64,000 bases of DNA from Chloroflexota bacterium (GCA_965221905.1 OZ244922.1:2560001-2624000), one strand, 5' to 3'. Counted from the stretch's first letter, positions 9,945 to 20,153 are shown. The notes: generated from the sequence alone by a model not told the origin. A program made the numbers and translations.

Positions 9945-10216
9945 TCCGCTCAATACACGCCCTGACTGCCGCGCTATACTGGGATGAGCCCTTCTCCACC
10001 TTGACCAAGCTGTAAGACCGTAACGCGATCACGTGTGGAGATGAAGTCGGGAAACCGCGAGCAAATCTGTGGAATGCGGAATCGACAGATCAGATTTCAC
10101 CTTGTACCTGCCCAGGCCTCAGTACTCTTGAACACTAGTAAGCAAAAACCTTCACGGGTGCGCAACGCAGAGCCGTCAGAGAATCCCAGTTATCATAACG
10201 GTGGCGAGGCGCAAGC

Positions 10217-11092
10217 ATGACCGTGCTTGCGTTGCTGCTCGTGCTGGGAGCAGCCTTGGCCCACGCCACGTGGAACCTGCTCCTGAAGCGCAGCGGCCGG
10301 CCCCTGATCTACACCTGGAATCTATGCGTGGCCGGTACCGTCGTCACGCTGCCAATCGCTTTGTACCTACTTTCCAGGACAACGATTACGCCCATCGGCT
10401 GGGGATTCTTCCTGGGCACCGCGATCATCCACGCGTTCTACTTCACGCTGCTCGCTCAGGCCTACGAGCACGGCGACCTGTCGGTGGTCTATCCCCTGGC
10501 TAGAGGCGTCGGCGTGGCGCTAACGCCCATTGGCGCGGTGCTGTTTCTCAGCGAGCACATCAGCCTGCCGCAAGGGCTCGGCATTGCCGGTATCGTTCTG
10601 GGGCTCCTGATCGTCCAGATTCCGGCAGACCTCTCGCGCGAGGGTCTTGACGCCCACTTTCGCCCTGCCGCCGGTATCGGCTTCGCCGTCGTCACCGGTA
10701 TGACCATCGCGACGTACTCGCTGTGGGACAAGGTGGGCGTATCGCACGTGCCGCCCTTGCTCTACGTCACCGGAGCATTCCTCGGGCCAGCCCTCACAAT
10801 GTCGTGGCTGCTCCGTCGCAGAGTGGACTCCCTAGTTGCCGCGTGGCGCGCGCATCCGGTCACCATGGGCGCCGGCGCAGTGCTCTCGCCGCTGGCCTAC
10901 AGTCTCGCGCTGGTGGCTCTCTCGATTGCGCAGGTGAGTCAAGTGGCGCCATTACGCGAAGTAGGGGTAGTTATCGGCACGGTGCTGGGCATCATGGTAC
11001 TGCGCGAGCAATCGCCGGTGCCGCGCATCGGAGGCGCAATAGTGATCGCCTTGGGCGCTATCGTGCTCGCGTATAGCAGTGTGACGGTTTGA
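10217..11092 (+). CDS. EamA/DMT family transporter
   Basis: About 10 hydrophobic segments; HATWNLLLK, GDLSVVYPLARG, VAPLREVGV. Confidence 0.9.
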   Translation: MTVLALLLVLGAALAHATWNLLLKRSGRPLIYTWNLCVAGTVVTLPIALYLLSRTTITPIGWGFFLGTAIIHAFYFTLLAQAYEHGDLSVVYPLARGVGVALTPIGAVLFLSEHISLPQGLGIAGIVLGLLIVQIPADLSREGLDAHFRPAAGIGFAVVTGMTIATYSLWDKVGVSHVPPLLYVTGAFLGPALTMSWLLRRRVDSLVAAWRAHPVTMGAGAVLSPLAYSLALVALSIAQVSQVAPLREVGVVIGTVLGIMVLREQSPVPRIGGAIVIALGAIVLAYSSVTV

Positions 11093-11175
11093 AGATGGCC
11101 GGTTCTAGTAGTACGACACCATTGCACTGACGGGTAGTTGCGCGGGGCATGGTTGCCTATCAATGCAGGTCAACG

Positions 11176-11214
11176 GCGCAGGTTACGCGCACGACCCGTG
11201 CGAACCTACGCTAC
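11176..11214 (-). repeat. GTAG-tagged palindromic REP-like element between convergent genes
   Basis: Minus strand GTAG-CGTAGGTT-CGCAC...GTGCG..-AACCTGCGC nested hairpin. Confidence 0.45.
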
Positions 11215-11251
11215 CGGCGCTCCCACTCATTGATACAAGCTTGTCGAACCA

Positions 11252-12106
11252 TTAGGCCGCCCGCTCTAACACAGCGTCAAGGGCCTGTTTGGCAATGCTC
11301 ACTGCTACTTCTCGGTCTTGATTGCGAAATGCCTCGTCGAAGACCTCGATGGCGACGTAGCCGTCGAAGCCAATCTCAGCAATCGCCTGGAACCATCCCA
11401 CCAAGTCTATGACGCCTCGGCCGGGCAGCACGCGGTCCGTGTCTTCCAGGCTCATCACGTCGGCATGGGGGGCATCATTCACGTGCAAGTGCACGATATC
11501 CTGCGCGCGCAACGAACGAATCTGCGACAAATCGCCGCCGCTCGTGAAGTAATGGAACGAGTCGAGAATCAAGCCGACGTTCGGCCTGCCGGTCTCACGG
11601 AGCATAGTAATGGTGTCCGGCACGTTGTTGATGAATGCATGGGGTTCGTCCAGCCGGAACGTGCGCAGACCCAGAAACTCCAGGCCGATGGCAATGCCAT
11701 GAGGCTCCGCCCGCTCAGCTAATGTGCCCGTACGATCTCTTAGAATCCGGCGTGCCTCGTCCGGCGGCAGCGGCATACGATTGGGGAAGTACGAGCCGGT
11801 GCGCCGGCAACCTACGGATTCTGCCACCGCGCAGTTCTCCGAAAACTGGTCAAGAGACTGCATAAACTCTGCCTCCGGCGAAAATATCCCTGCCGGGATA
11901 AATCCCATGAAGGCGGGCAGCGCACCGTGGGCGGCAAAGAGATCGCGCACAGAGGCAGGCGATGTCTCCTCCACCAATGCCCGCACTGCGCCGAAAGAAG
12001 CGTCTACTCCCGGTAAGCCAAAGCGCTTGGCTAGAGCAAGCATCTCCGCCAACGAATAGCCTGCTTTTAAAACTGACCCATGAAGTGATTGTTGTGGCAA
12101 GGTCAT
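11252..12106 (-). CDS. Sugar phosphate isomerase/epimerase (AP-endonuclease-2 TIM barrel)
   Basis: IGLEF, LILDSFH, HLHVND, LPGRGVID, AIEVF; start chosen at ATG after GGAGAG. Confidence 0.88.
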   Translation of the reverse strand: MTLPQQSLHGSVLKAGYSLAEMLALAKRFGLPGVDASFGAVRALVEETSPASVRDLFAAHGALPAFMGFIPAGIFSPEAEFMQSLDQFSENCAVAESVGCRRTGSYFPNRMPLPPDEARRILRDRTGTLAERAEPHGIAIGLEFLGLRTFRLDEPHAFINNVPDTITMLRETGRPNVGLILDSFHYFTSGGDLSQIRSLRAQDIVHLHVNDAPHADVMSLEDTDRVLPGRGVIDLVGWFQAIAEIGFDGYVAIEVFDEAFRNQDREVAVSIAKQALDAVLERAA

Positions 12107-12164
12107 GTTCATTCTCTCCATTGTGAATCCGCTGCCAATCTTCTGATGTGCTCTGCTACCTTCT

Positions 12165-13133
12165 TCAAGGGGCTTCGGCATAGTCGAACTTCCAAAACAC
12201 CTCTTCCTCAAGCAAAGCAGCCGGTAGCTCCGGCCAGTCTGCAATACCTATGCGCTCCGCATACATGCTGAGCGCATCTTGCTTCTCCTCCGGGGCAGTT
12301 ACGTGAACACGCAGGTCCGGAGGTCGCCGCGCGTCGGCTTTTTGTGAATATACAAGCACCCTAGCGGTAGGGGGCGCCACTTCGCGCAACGACCGCACAA
12401 TCAGCCGTCCCGCGGCAGCCGCGGTCTCATCTTCACTGTCGGGTGAGGGAAAGTAAATCTCCCTCGGGTTCAATTCAACCAGCACGTCATTCAGGTCGCG
12501 CAATACAAAATTGAACGCATACGGGAAACCGTATCCGGTGCGCAGGATGCGATACGGGGTGACGTTGGGATCATGTACGCCGTCTTTCTCGGTGTAGGGC
12601 GAGCGGATCACTTGGTCCGGCGCTTCCTCCGCCAATTGATGCAAATTGCCGTCGGGATATGAGAGGAAGAATACGTCTTCCCACGTTAAGCCAAACGAAT
12701 TCTCCGCCACTTTCAATGCCGTTTCCTGGAGCACCGCCGCCCCGTGCAGATATTGCCGTGGGGTGGGCGTAGCATCTGCAGGCAGGTCGGCAAGTCCTCG
12801 CGCAACAATAGTCTGGGCGTCACCGTCGGTCACAAAGACGATGACGACTCGCTTGCCCTGCGCGACTGCTTGCCTAATCGTGGCGAATGCCGACACCGCC
12901 GCATCACCGGGACGTGCCGCAAATACGACAACATCCGCCTTTGCGATGGGATCTCCGCCAATCGCAGCGGTAGTAGGTGGCACATAGTCGGCAGGGGGTT
13001 GTATCTCCGGCTGAGAGCGGATTGCGTTATACAGGCGGCCAAAGCGCTCCGTACTTCCTTCAGCCGAACAACCAACGAGCAAGAACGGAAGCAGAATACA
13101 AAGTATCCAACGGGGCACACGCCTTACCATCAC
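12165..13133 (-). CDS. PIG-L/LmbE-fold lipoprotein with degenerate metal site
   Basis: LVGC lipobox; VVVFAARPGD (vs AHPDD), VFVTDGD, FLSYPDG. Confidence 0.7.
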   Translation of the reverse strand: MMVRRVPRWILCILLPFLLVGCSAEGSTERFGRLYNAIRSQPEIQPPADYVPPTTAAIGGDPIAKADVVVFAARPGDAAVSAFATIRQAVAQGKRVVIVFVTDGDAQTIVARGLADLPADATPTPRQYLHGAAVLQETALKVAENSFGLTWEDVFFLSYPDGNLHQLAEEAPDQVIRSPYTEKDGVHDPNVTPYRILRTGYGFPYAFNFVLRDLNDVLVELNPREIYFPSPDSEDETAAAAGRLIVRSLREVAPPTARVLVYSQKADARRPPDLRVHVTAPEEKQDALSMYAERIGIADWPELPAALLEEEVFWKFDYAEAP

Positions 13134-13927
13134 ATTCTACCTACCAGCTCGATGAGGTTGTCTCCCCTAAAGCAGATTGTCGTCCCCCCACGCCGAATGC
13201 TGTACACGCCATCGCACGCAATGGCATCGAGAAACCTCGGTGAGCTGTACTGCAAGCACAATTCATACGGCGGCGCAATGAAATGTGGCGTCAATTCACC
13301 GGCGCGGCGCACCGCCCGCGCTGCAGCCTCACGGATCCTGGCGTGCTGGTCGGCAACAGGCAAGAGCTTGGCGGCATGCCGTCCCAGCCCGGTCTTGACC
13401 GGCACAACATCCACCAAAGGCCCCAGCAACGCGCAGGCCTCTGCACACACCTTGTCATCGCCGACCACGATACCGACCGGTACGCCGTAAACGCCCGCGC
13501 ATGCGGCGCTTAGTCCCAATTCGCCTATCGCCACTCCGTTCAGCCAAACGTCGCTCCAACGTGACGAACTCACGGTATGGTCTCGAAAAGCGTGCATCGT
13601 GCCCTGAGCTGCGTGGTATCCCACGCAGAAGAAAACGTCAACATCAGGTTCCAAAATTGCGTGCTGGGGATAGGGCAGGTTGCCCATATAGACGTCCGCG
13701 CGCGGGTCAATCTGCTCTATTGGCATGTTCATGCTGCTGCCGTGGTTATCGTGCACAATTACGTCTGTGGCGCCGCCAACAAAAGCCCCCTCTATGGCGG
13801 CATTTACCTCCGCCATCACCAATCTTCGGCCCTGCTGATATTGCCGCCCCCCAATGTGGCGGGAAATCTGCTCGCGCAGCGCAACGCCGGCGAGTCCTTC
13901 CATATCAACGCTGATGTATACGCGCAC
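13130..13927 (-). CDS. M55 family D-aminopeptidase (DppA-like)
   Basis: VYISVDMEG, EVNAAIEGA, VGYHA, DHT, IGELG, GDD; GTG start. Confidence 0.9.
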   Translation of the reverse strand: MRVYISVDMEGLAGVALREQISRHIGGRQYQQGRRLVMAEVNAAIEGAFVGGATDVIVHDNHGSSMNMPIEQIDPRADVYMGNLPYPQHAILEPDVDVFFCVGYHAAQGTMHAFRDHTVSSSRWSDVWLNGVAIGELGLSAACAGVYGVPVGIVVGDDKVCAEACALLGPLVDVVPVKTGLGRHAAKLLPVADQHARIREAAARAVRRAGELTPHFIAPPYELCLQYSSPRFLDAIACDGVYSIRRGGTTICFRGDNLIELVGRM

Positions 13928-14001
13928 GGATGTCTGCCTCCGAGGACTATTCGTACCACGTCTAGTATCGCCTACGCGGCCAATCTGCGCTACACTATGA
14001 A

Positions 14002-14050
14002 TACGCATGTCTATGCGTACGCACGTCTATGCGTGCGCACATCTTATGCG
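14002..14050. repeat. Three tandem 16-17-bp imperfect palindromes (CGCA-N6/7-TGCG)
   Basis: TACGCATGTCTATGCG / TACGCACGTCTATGCG / TGCGCACATCTTATGCG in a divergent intergenic region. Confidence 0.7.
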
Positions 14051-14154
14051 CGCGCAGCAGAGAGCCGTAACGAACGGCTGTGCGCGGGAGCTACCTCGCT
14101 TTACTTCCTTAGTTTGACCCGAACTCTCCACTGGAACCATTATGATTCAACACA

Positions 14155-15177
14155 ATGATCACACCGGTTAGTCGCGTTCGCACGTGCATCATTGGCGCAG
14201 GCGCCAGCGCCCGCAAGCACATAATCGGCTGGCAAGCGGTGAATGATTCCCAGGTGGTGGCGATTGTAGACCTGGATGAGTCGCGTGCCCACGGCTTGGC
14301 CCAAGAGTTTGGGATCGCCACAGTCAGCACGGACTACTACGCCGTTCTTGAGCGCGCTGACATCAACATCGTTTCTCTCTGCACCCCTTCGACATTGCAC
14401 GGGCCCATCGGCCTTGACGTCGTTAAGCACCATAAGCACGTATTCTGCGAACGCAGCATCACGCACGCGCTGAGCGAGTGCGACACGCTCTTGGCAACGG
14501 CGCACGGCAACCGGGTAGCTGTCGGCGTGAGTTTCCCGCGCCGTTTTCAGCCCAGTTTTGTGCGCATCCGTGAAATGTTGGATGAATCCACCCTTGGTCG
14601 ACCTGCGATATATCGTGTCCACTGCCTGATGCCGGCGTTTGCCAACCCGCCTGACCGCAACGAATCGCAAGGCATGCAAGTCTTCCTCGATCTGTTTGCA
14701 GACCACTACGACGTGTGGACTTGGCTCTTTCGTAGCGAAGTCAAACAGGTAACCGCCCGCGGCTTCAGTTGGGGCAAGCAGCAGTCCGACCAACGCAAGA
14801 AGCTTGGCGCCCCGCCCGATACGGGCGTCGCACTTATCGAATTCGATAGTGGCGACATTGGCGTCATCACAACTTCCTGCGGCATGCCGCACGGATTCAA
14901 GCCCTTTCCGGTACAGGAGGAAGAGCTAATTGGACCCCTCGGGGTAATCATGGACATCGAAGCTACCCAATTTACCCACAGAGACCATGTGGGCAGAGCG
15001 CAAGAGTACAGATTCCGGTCTCAACATGCGTACACCGCAGCTATTCAAGAGTTCTCAAACCGAATACGCCGCGGCGAGCCACCACGAGTAGCCGGGGAAG
15101 ATGGGAAGCGCGCGCTACGCGTCGGCCTTGCGGTATGTGAATCCATGGAAACTGGAGAAACGGTGGCCCTTCGCTAG
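14155..15177 (+). CDS. Gfo/Idh/MocA-family oxidoreductase, divergent
   Basis: IIGAG, AIVDLD, HVFCERS (vs CEKP), GEDGKRALRV. Confidence 0.82.
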   Translation: MITPVSRVRTCIIGAGASARKHIIGWQAVNDSQVVAIVDLDESRAHGLAQEFGIATVSTDYYAVLERADINIVSLCTPSTLHGPIGLDVVKHHKHVFCERSITHALSECDTLLATAHGNRVAVGVSFPRRFQPSFVRIREMLDESTLGRPAIYRVHCLMPAFANPPDRNESQGMQVFLDLFADHYDVWTWLFRSEVKQVTARGFSWGKQQSDQRKKLGAPPDTGVALIEFDSGDIGVITTSCGMPHGFKPFPVQEEELIGPLGVIMDIEATQFTHRDHVGRAQEYRFRSQHAYTAAIQEFSNRIRRGEPPRVAGEDGKRALRVGLAVCESMETGETVALR

Positions 15178-15249
15178 CCAAGAGCTAGAATTGGGAGTAA
15201 GCAATTGGCGGTTTGCTGACAGAGCGGAGCAGAGTGTGCGCTCTATTGA

Positions 15250-15282
15250 CCGTTTACGCTTCGACAGGCTCAGCGCGAACGG
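15250..15282 (-). repeat. 33-bp hairpin REP, CGC/GCG stem variant
   Basis: Minus strand CCGTTCG-CGC-TGAGCCTGTCGAA-GCG-TAAACGG. Confidence 0.85.
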
Positions 15283-15290
15283 TTGGAGCA

Positions 15291-15388
15291 TTCCGCGCTC
15301 GGTTTCCCGCGCTCAATTCTCTGCGCTCGGATTTCCGTGCTCGGTTCTCCGTGCTCGGTTTTCTGCGCTCCGTTTACTGAGCTGGGTC
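15291..15388 (+). repeat. About 7 degenerate 14-bp tandem units (TTCCGYGCTCGGTT)
   Basis: Units at 15291, 15305, 15319, 15333, 15347, 15361 and 15375. Confidence 0.8.
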
Positions 15389-15542
15389 TAAAGCGCTGCG
15401 TTTCTTGTGCTCTTGGTGATTTGCGCCGCATACAGTTTGGCACAATCAAGCCTCGGCACACTCGTGCCTTGGTACACTCAGGCCTTAACACATCCACGCC
15501 ACTGATACTGCAAAACCGGCAAGGTAGAAAGAGAGAGAGTTT

Positions 15543-16328
15543 ATGTCAATAGAGAAATCCCAGCCCCATGTTACGTACTCCATGCTTGTCGATGGCTTGC
15601 GCAATCTTGGACTTGCCGACGGCGACGTGGTACTTGTGCACTCGTCCCTCTCTCGCTTTGGGTACGTCGAGGGTGGGGCCGACACTGTCGTGGATGCGTT
15701 GCTTGCAGCGGTAGGCGCCGAAGGGACGGTAGCAGTCCCAACCAGCCCGGTGACCTGGCGCGGGGGGTCGCATTTCCATTACATCAAGCACAACCCAATC
15801 CTCGACCTCCGAGTCACCCCATCGAAACTTGGCGCCATTACTGAGGCGCTGCGCCGGCGACCGGAGGCCCGGCCCTCCCTCTCCGCTTGCCATACCCTCC
15901 ACGCCATCGGCGCCCGCCGCGACTGGCTACTCGCCGGTGCGGAGACCGCCGTTTATCCTACCGGGCCGGGAACCCCGTGGCACAGAAATTGCGTCAGCGG
16001 CGGGAAAGTGTTGTTGATCGGCATCGGCCAGAATAGCAATACGACCATTCACACGATTGAAGAGGCCGGCGGCGCCCCGATCTTGAGTAAGGAAGTCTTC
16101 TATCCCAAGGTAATTGACTTAGAAGGGCGCATTGTCACCGTACCCACCCGCGCCCACTTGCCGGAGCACCCCCGCGCATTCGAGAAGATGGATGCCGTCT
16201 GCCTCGAGCACGACATCATGCGCGTAGGGAAGATTGGCAACGCAACCCTGCGCCTCATCGAGGCAAAGCCGTTCTTGGAAATTGGCGTCAAGATACTTGA
16301 GAAAGACCCGCTGTTTCTGCTCGCGTGA
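15543..16328 (+). CDS. AAC(3) family N-acetyltransferase
   Basis: GDVVLVHSSLSRFGYVEGGADTVVDALL, GKVLLIG, NTTIHTIEE. Confidence 0.88.
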   Translation: MSIEKSQPHVTYSMLVDGLRNLGLADGDVVLVHSSLSRFGYVEGGADTVVDALLAAVGAEGTVAVPTSPVTWRGGSHFHYIKHNPILDLRVTPSKLGAITEALRRRPEARPSLSACHTLHAIGARRDWLLAGAETAVYPTGPGTPWHRNCVSGGKVLLIGIGQNSNTTIHTIEEAGGAPILSKEVFYPKVIDLEGRIVTVPTRAHLPEHPRAFEKMDAVCLEHDIMRVGKIGNATLRLIEAKPFLEIGVKILEKDPLFLLA

Positions 16329-16594
16329 CCCTGGGCGAAGCAGAATCCCGGTTCGCGAATGCACTGTTTGAATTCTGATGTGGGAGGCGCTTCCAGAGGC
16401 GCATCAAGCAACCGTTTTCCACTGCGAGGAACCCTCATTTCTCCAATGTGAATTACAATTATCCAGAGCATTGTTTGCACACAAGGCCGCATCATTGGCA
16501 CTGCACAGCACGGCAGCCTAGGGCCGGAGTATGTGCTAAGATGTAATTACTACTGGCGAGGTAGGAATTAGCTGTTGTCGTTTTCATAGCGCAA

Positions 16595-17086
16595 ATGACA
16601 CAGTCAGGAAACCTGCCTTACGAGGGAAATACATTGGTCGCTGCACGCTCACAACTTGCGACTTCAAATGCTAAGCGACTTCTCCGGTCGTCAGGCCGCC
16701 GCTTCACGCGACAGCGTGAAGCCATTTTGAAGATCATTCGCGAGCAACCCGGACACCTGGGAGCGGATGAGGTATTTCAGATTGCGCGGCAGCGCGGTCA
16801 TCGGGTCAGTCTCTCTACCGTGTACCGCACGCTTGATCTCCTGCGCGAGCAGGGGCTCGTGGAGGCAGCGAACCTGCAGCAAGACCATCGCCACTTCAAA
16901 GCCGCCGGTGATGGAGAGCATCACCACCTCGTCTGCATAACATGCGAAGCAGTAATTGAATTTAGCAGCCCGCACATCGACCAACTCAAGCAGTCCCTTC
17001 AAGAAGAGCACGCCTTCACCATCAGAAACGTGGAACTTGAAGTCGGCGGGCTCTGCTCGAATTGCGCCGCCTCTCCCGTTGGGTAG
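16595..17086 (+). CDS. Fur-family transcriptional regulator (Fur/Zur/PerR)
   Basis: FTRQREAIL, SLSTVYRTL, HHHLVCITC, GLCSNC. Confidence 0.92.
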   Translation: MTQSGNLPYEGNTLVAARSQLATSNAKRLLRSSGRRFTRQREAILKIIREQPGHLGADEVFQIARQRGHRVSLSTVYRTLDLLREQGLVEAANLQQDHRHFKAAGDGEHHHLVCITCEAVIEFSSPHIDQLKQSLQEEHAFTIRNVELEVGGLCSNCAASPVG

Positions 17087-17269
17087 CTTCCTTCGCGGAC
17101 GTGCCCACACGCACCGTGGATACGCACCGCATCAACTCTATTGACCCTTTCGGCTCTCACGTCCGACTCTTGCATTAACCTGCAATAGAAATCTCAGCCC
17201 CTCTATGCACTTTGGGCTTTTTAAAGAGCAGGTCAGCCATCTTCTTCTGTTGTGGGCCGCAATCACCGG

Positions 17270-17998
17270 TTATTTGCCGGCAATCTTGATTGCCCGTCGG
17301 TGTGCAGCCTCCTCGATGGCATCGTCGAGCGGAGGCAGTGAAGCAACACCATAGCGACGCTGCAGGGCTTGCAGGATCAGGTGATCCGCAAACGCCGGAT
17401 TCTTGGGCAGCAGAGACCCATGCAGATAGGTGCCGTAGACGTTCTTCCACTGTGCACCTTCCGTCCGGTCTTCACCATTGTTCCCGAATCCGCTAGAAAC
17501 GGTAGCCAGAGCAGACGCCGGGTCGCGAAGATATGTGCGCCCACCGTGATTCTCAAATCCAACGAGCTTTTCCCTGTGCCACGTGGTAACTATGTTGCCA
17601 ATGCAGCGTTGGCTGGCTGCACCCGGGTGAATGGTATAGGCTGGCAGCACCTCAAGGCCGCGCAGCTCGGCGCCGGTGTGATCACGATAGTACTCGCCGA
17701 ATAGTTGATATCCCCCGCACACCGCGAGCGCAACCAGCCCATCCGTAATCGCATCCTGCAACACTGAGCCCTTTGCCTCTACCAGGTCCTGCGAGGCTAG
17801 CATTTGCTCGCGGTCTTGGCCGCCGCCAACCAAGAGAATGTCGATCTCCGCGGCCGCGTGCATGGGTCCGGGATCGATGCTTCGTATTTCCAATTCTATA
17901 CCGCGCCATCGGCAGCGCTGCTCCAAACAAATGACGTTACCGCGATCCGCATACATATTCATGAGGCGCGGATAGAGATGCCCAATCACGAGCTTCAT
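17270..17998 (-). CDS. gatD: Lipid II isoglutaminyl synthase glutaminase subunit
   Basis: HLYP..MNMYADRGN, GGGQD, VCGGYQL, GFENHGG, TYLHGSLLPKNP; ATGA overlap with murT. Confidence 0.9.
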   Translation of the reverse strand: MKLVIGHLYPRLMNMYADRGNVICLEQRCRWRGIELEIRSIDPGPMHAAAEIDILLVGGGQDREQMLASQDLVEAKGSVLQDAITDGLVALAVCGGYQLFGEYYRDHTGAELRGLEVLPAYTIHPGAASQRCIGNIVTTWHREKLVGFENHGGRTYLRDPASALATVSSGFGNNGEDRTEGAQWKNVYGTYLHGSLLPKNPAFADHLILQALQRRYGVASLPPLDDAIEEAAHRRAIKIAGK

Positions 17999-19425
17999 CC
18001 TTGTCCCTCCCAATAGCGGCGCACAAGCCCGCGCCCTACCCAAACTTTGCGCATTTCAAGCATACCTGTGTACGTCGCCAGGACGAAGAGCGTACCACCG
18101 GTCGGTACGCCGGCAAGAGCCCTGTCAAACGCGCTCTCGATATCACGCATGGCGGTCATGTCCGTTACACCCGCATACTTTAACCGCACCGCCATATCCT
18201 CCGCACGCCGTCCGCTAGTCGTGACTGCGGCATCCGCCAAGCATTCGAAATCTACATCCCATATCCATGAAACATCATGCCCGTCCGCCGCGCGATCCTG
18301 GAGTATTACGAGCGCATGCAGGGGGCCTTCTTCAGCAGACAGCAGCCGCAAGACTTGGTTTGCGCCGACCGGATTCTTAATGAGCAGCAGCCATGTATTT
18401 CGCTCACCGACCTCAACTACCTCTGCACGTCCAAATGCGGGAATCGTGGTACTGAGACCCTGCGATACTGCCTCTGCGGCGGCGCCAAAGTACCACGCCG
18501 CCGCCGTGGCTGCGAGCGCATTGTAGACGTTATAGAGTCCCGGAACACGCAGATTTACCCGGGTTTCGTTCTCCGGCAGTGAGATGGTGAGGTCCGCGCC
18601 GGCAAAGCCGTGCAATTCCACTGCTGTTGCCCGCACATTGCGCTCGGGCCGCTTCCAACCGCACGCTCCGCACACGTAATCTCCAAGGTGCCCGTAGTAG
18701 GCAGCCGCATACGTCAACGGAATCGCGTCATGGGGGCAGTAGTGCGAATCGGCTGCCAACTCGATGTCTTTGCGTGCCAAGCCGGGATCATCAAGGCCGA
18801 AGTAGTGCACCGGGCCGCCATAGGATTCACCCAGACTCGCTACCAATGGATCATCTCCATTCAGAAGTAGCGCTGTGGAGGAATCTAATTGTGAAAATGC
18901 AGTGCGCAAACCGGTGGCAATCGTCTGCACCTCGCCGTAGCGGTCGAGCTGATCGCGAAATAGATTGGTCACTACAATACATTTTGGCCGGTGCTGCCGG
19001 AGCGCCTGCACTATCGCCGCCTCGTCCAACTCCAAAACGGCCATGCTCTCGCGCGTAAGATGCAGCCTGCCGTTCCACGCCGTGTGTTGGAGTAGCATGC
19101 TCAAGACGCCGCGAGTCAGATTCGACCCCGTGGCGTTGTGCAGAACGGAGCGCCCGTCTGCAGCAAGGATATTGCGAAGCAGAGCAGCGGTTGTCGTCTT
19201 GCCATTGGTGCCAGTCACAAAGACAGTGCCCGCGGGCACCTGGGCAAGTAGGAAACCGAGCAAGGTTGGTGACAGGTGCTCAGCCACAAGCCCGGGGAGG
19301 GCAGTGCCGCCGCCGCGCTGCAATCGGCGCGAGAAAGCGCCTGCCACCTTGGCTAACAGAATTGCAAGGATCCGTCGCAGGCGGGGAATTGGATTACCTC
19401 CGTTAACCACCTTCTCGAATCTCAT
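17995..19425 (-). CDS. murT: Lipid II isoglutaminyl synthase MurT subunit (Mur ligase + DUF1727)
   Basis: GGGTALPG, TGTNGKTTT, NLFRDQLDRYGE, LIKNPVG, DGHDVSWIWDVDFE, TYT; start uncertain. Confidence 0.9.
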   Translation of the reverse strand: MRFEKVVNGGNPIPRLRRILAILLAKVAGAFSRRLQRGGGTALPGLVAEHLSPTLLGFLLAQVPAGTVFVTGTNGKTTTAALLRNILAADGRSVLHNATGSNLTRGVLSMLLQHTAWNGRLHLTRESMAVLELDEAAIVQALRQHRPKCIVVTNLFRDQLDRYGEVQTIATGLRTAFSQLDSSTALLLNGDDPLVASLGESYGGPVHYFGLDDPGLARKDIELAADSHYCPHDAIPLTYAAAYYGHLGDYVCGACGWKRPERNVRATAVELHGFAGADLTISLPENETRVNLRVPGLYNVYNALAATAAAWYFGAAAEAVSQGLSTTIPAFGRAEVVEVGERNTWLLLIKNPVGANQVLRLLSAEEGPLHALVILQDRAADGHDVSWIWDVDFECLADAAVTTSGRRAEDMAVRLKYAGVTDMTAMRDIESAFDRALAGVPTGGTLFVLATYTGMLEMRKVWVGRGLVRRYWEGQG

Positions 19426-19597
19426 AGCCTGCAGCAGTTGGCATAGATGGGAACACCCGCGCAGCAAGAAGACCCAGTCAATCGCCGACCCGGACACCGT
19501 AGCTCCACATCGGCAAACAAGAGAACATGAGGCTCAAGAGCCCGATTAGGCTTCAATTCAAGACTATGGGTGGGATAAGTCGAGGGATTACTCGCGA

Positions 19598-19927
19598 TTA
19601 GAAGCGTTCGAACCGCTCAACGTCTAGGACGAAAATGACGGCTCCCCCCACCTGCACCTCGACCGGGTAGGGCATGTAGAACTCGCCCGGCTCCATAGCA
19701 GGCGGCATGGGGTTGATATACTGCATGCGGGTCGTGCAATTTCGCCGGACAACCACCAGTACCTCGCTGACTTTCTCTTCCTCCACGCCCACGAGCACAG
19801 TGGCATTGCCATGCCGCAGGAAGCCGCCGGCAGTATTAATGCGCGTTGCGCCAAAGCCGGCCTTCACCATGCTATCAATGAGATTTCCCGCGTCCTCGTC
19901 TTGCACAATTGCCACGACGAGTTTCAT
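19598..19927 (-). CDS. darA: PII-like c-di-AMP receptor (DarA/PstA/YaaQ)
   Basis: MKLVVAIVQDED, TAGGFLRHGNAT, EVQVGGAVIFVLDVERF. Confidence 0.9.
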   Translation of the reverse strand: MKLVVAIVQDEDAGNLIDSMVKAGFGATRINTAGGFLRHGNATVLVGVEEEKVSEVLVVVRRNCTTRMQYINPMPPAMEPGEFYMPYPVEVQVGGAVIFVLDVERFERF

Positions 19928-20153
19928 GTTATCGTCCATGCTGTGAAACTCCTAGTCCCAGGAGGTCTCAGACCCAACAACGGGCGTCGCCAAGAGCAGA
20001 GCACAGGGAATACCGTTTCTGCGTCCGCCGCAGCAAGCGCCGTTCGACGGTCCTTTTACGAGCCCCGGCATCCGGGCAGCCTCTTCCACTACTCCCATTA
20101 TTGCAGGAACGGCCTTTCGCGACGCAGTTGTCGCTGATATGCGGCGCGCCAAT

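Noticed and set aside
15543-16328. Acquired aminoglycoside resistance gene
   Set aside because: Divergent chromosomal AAC(3)-family member with no mobile context; resistance function cannot be inferred
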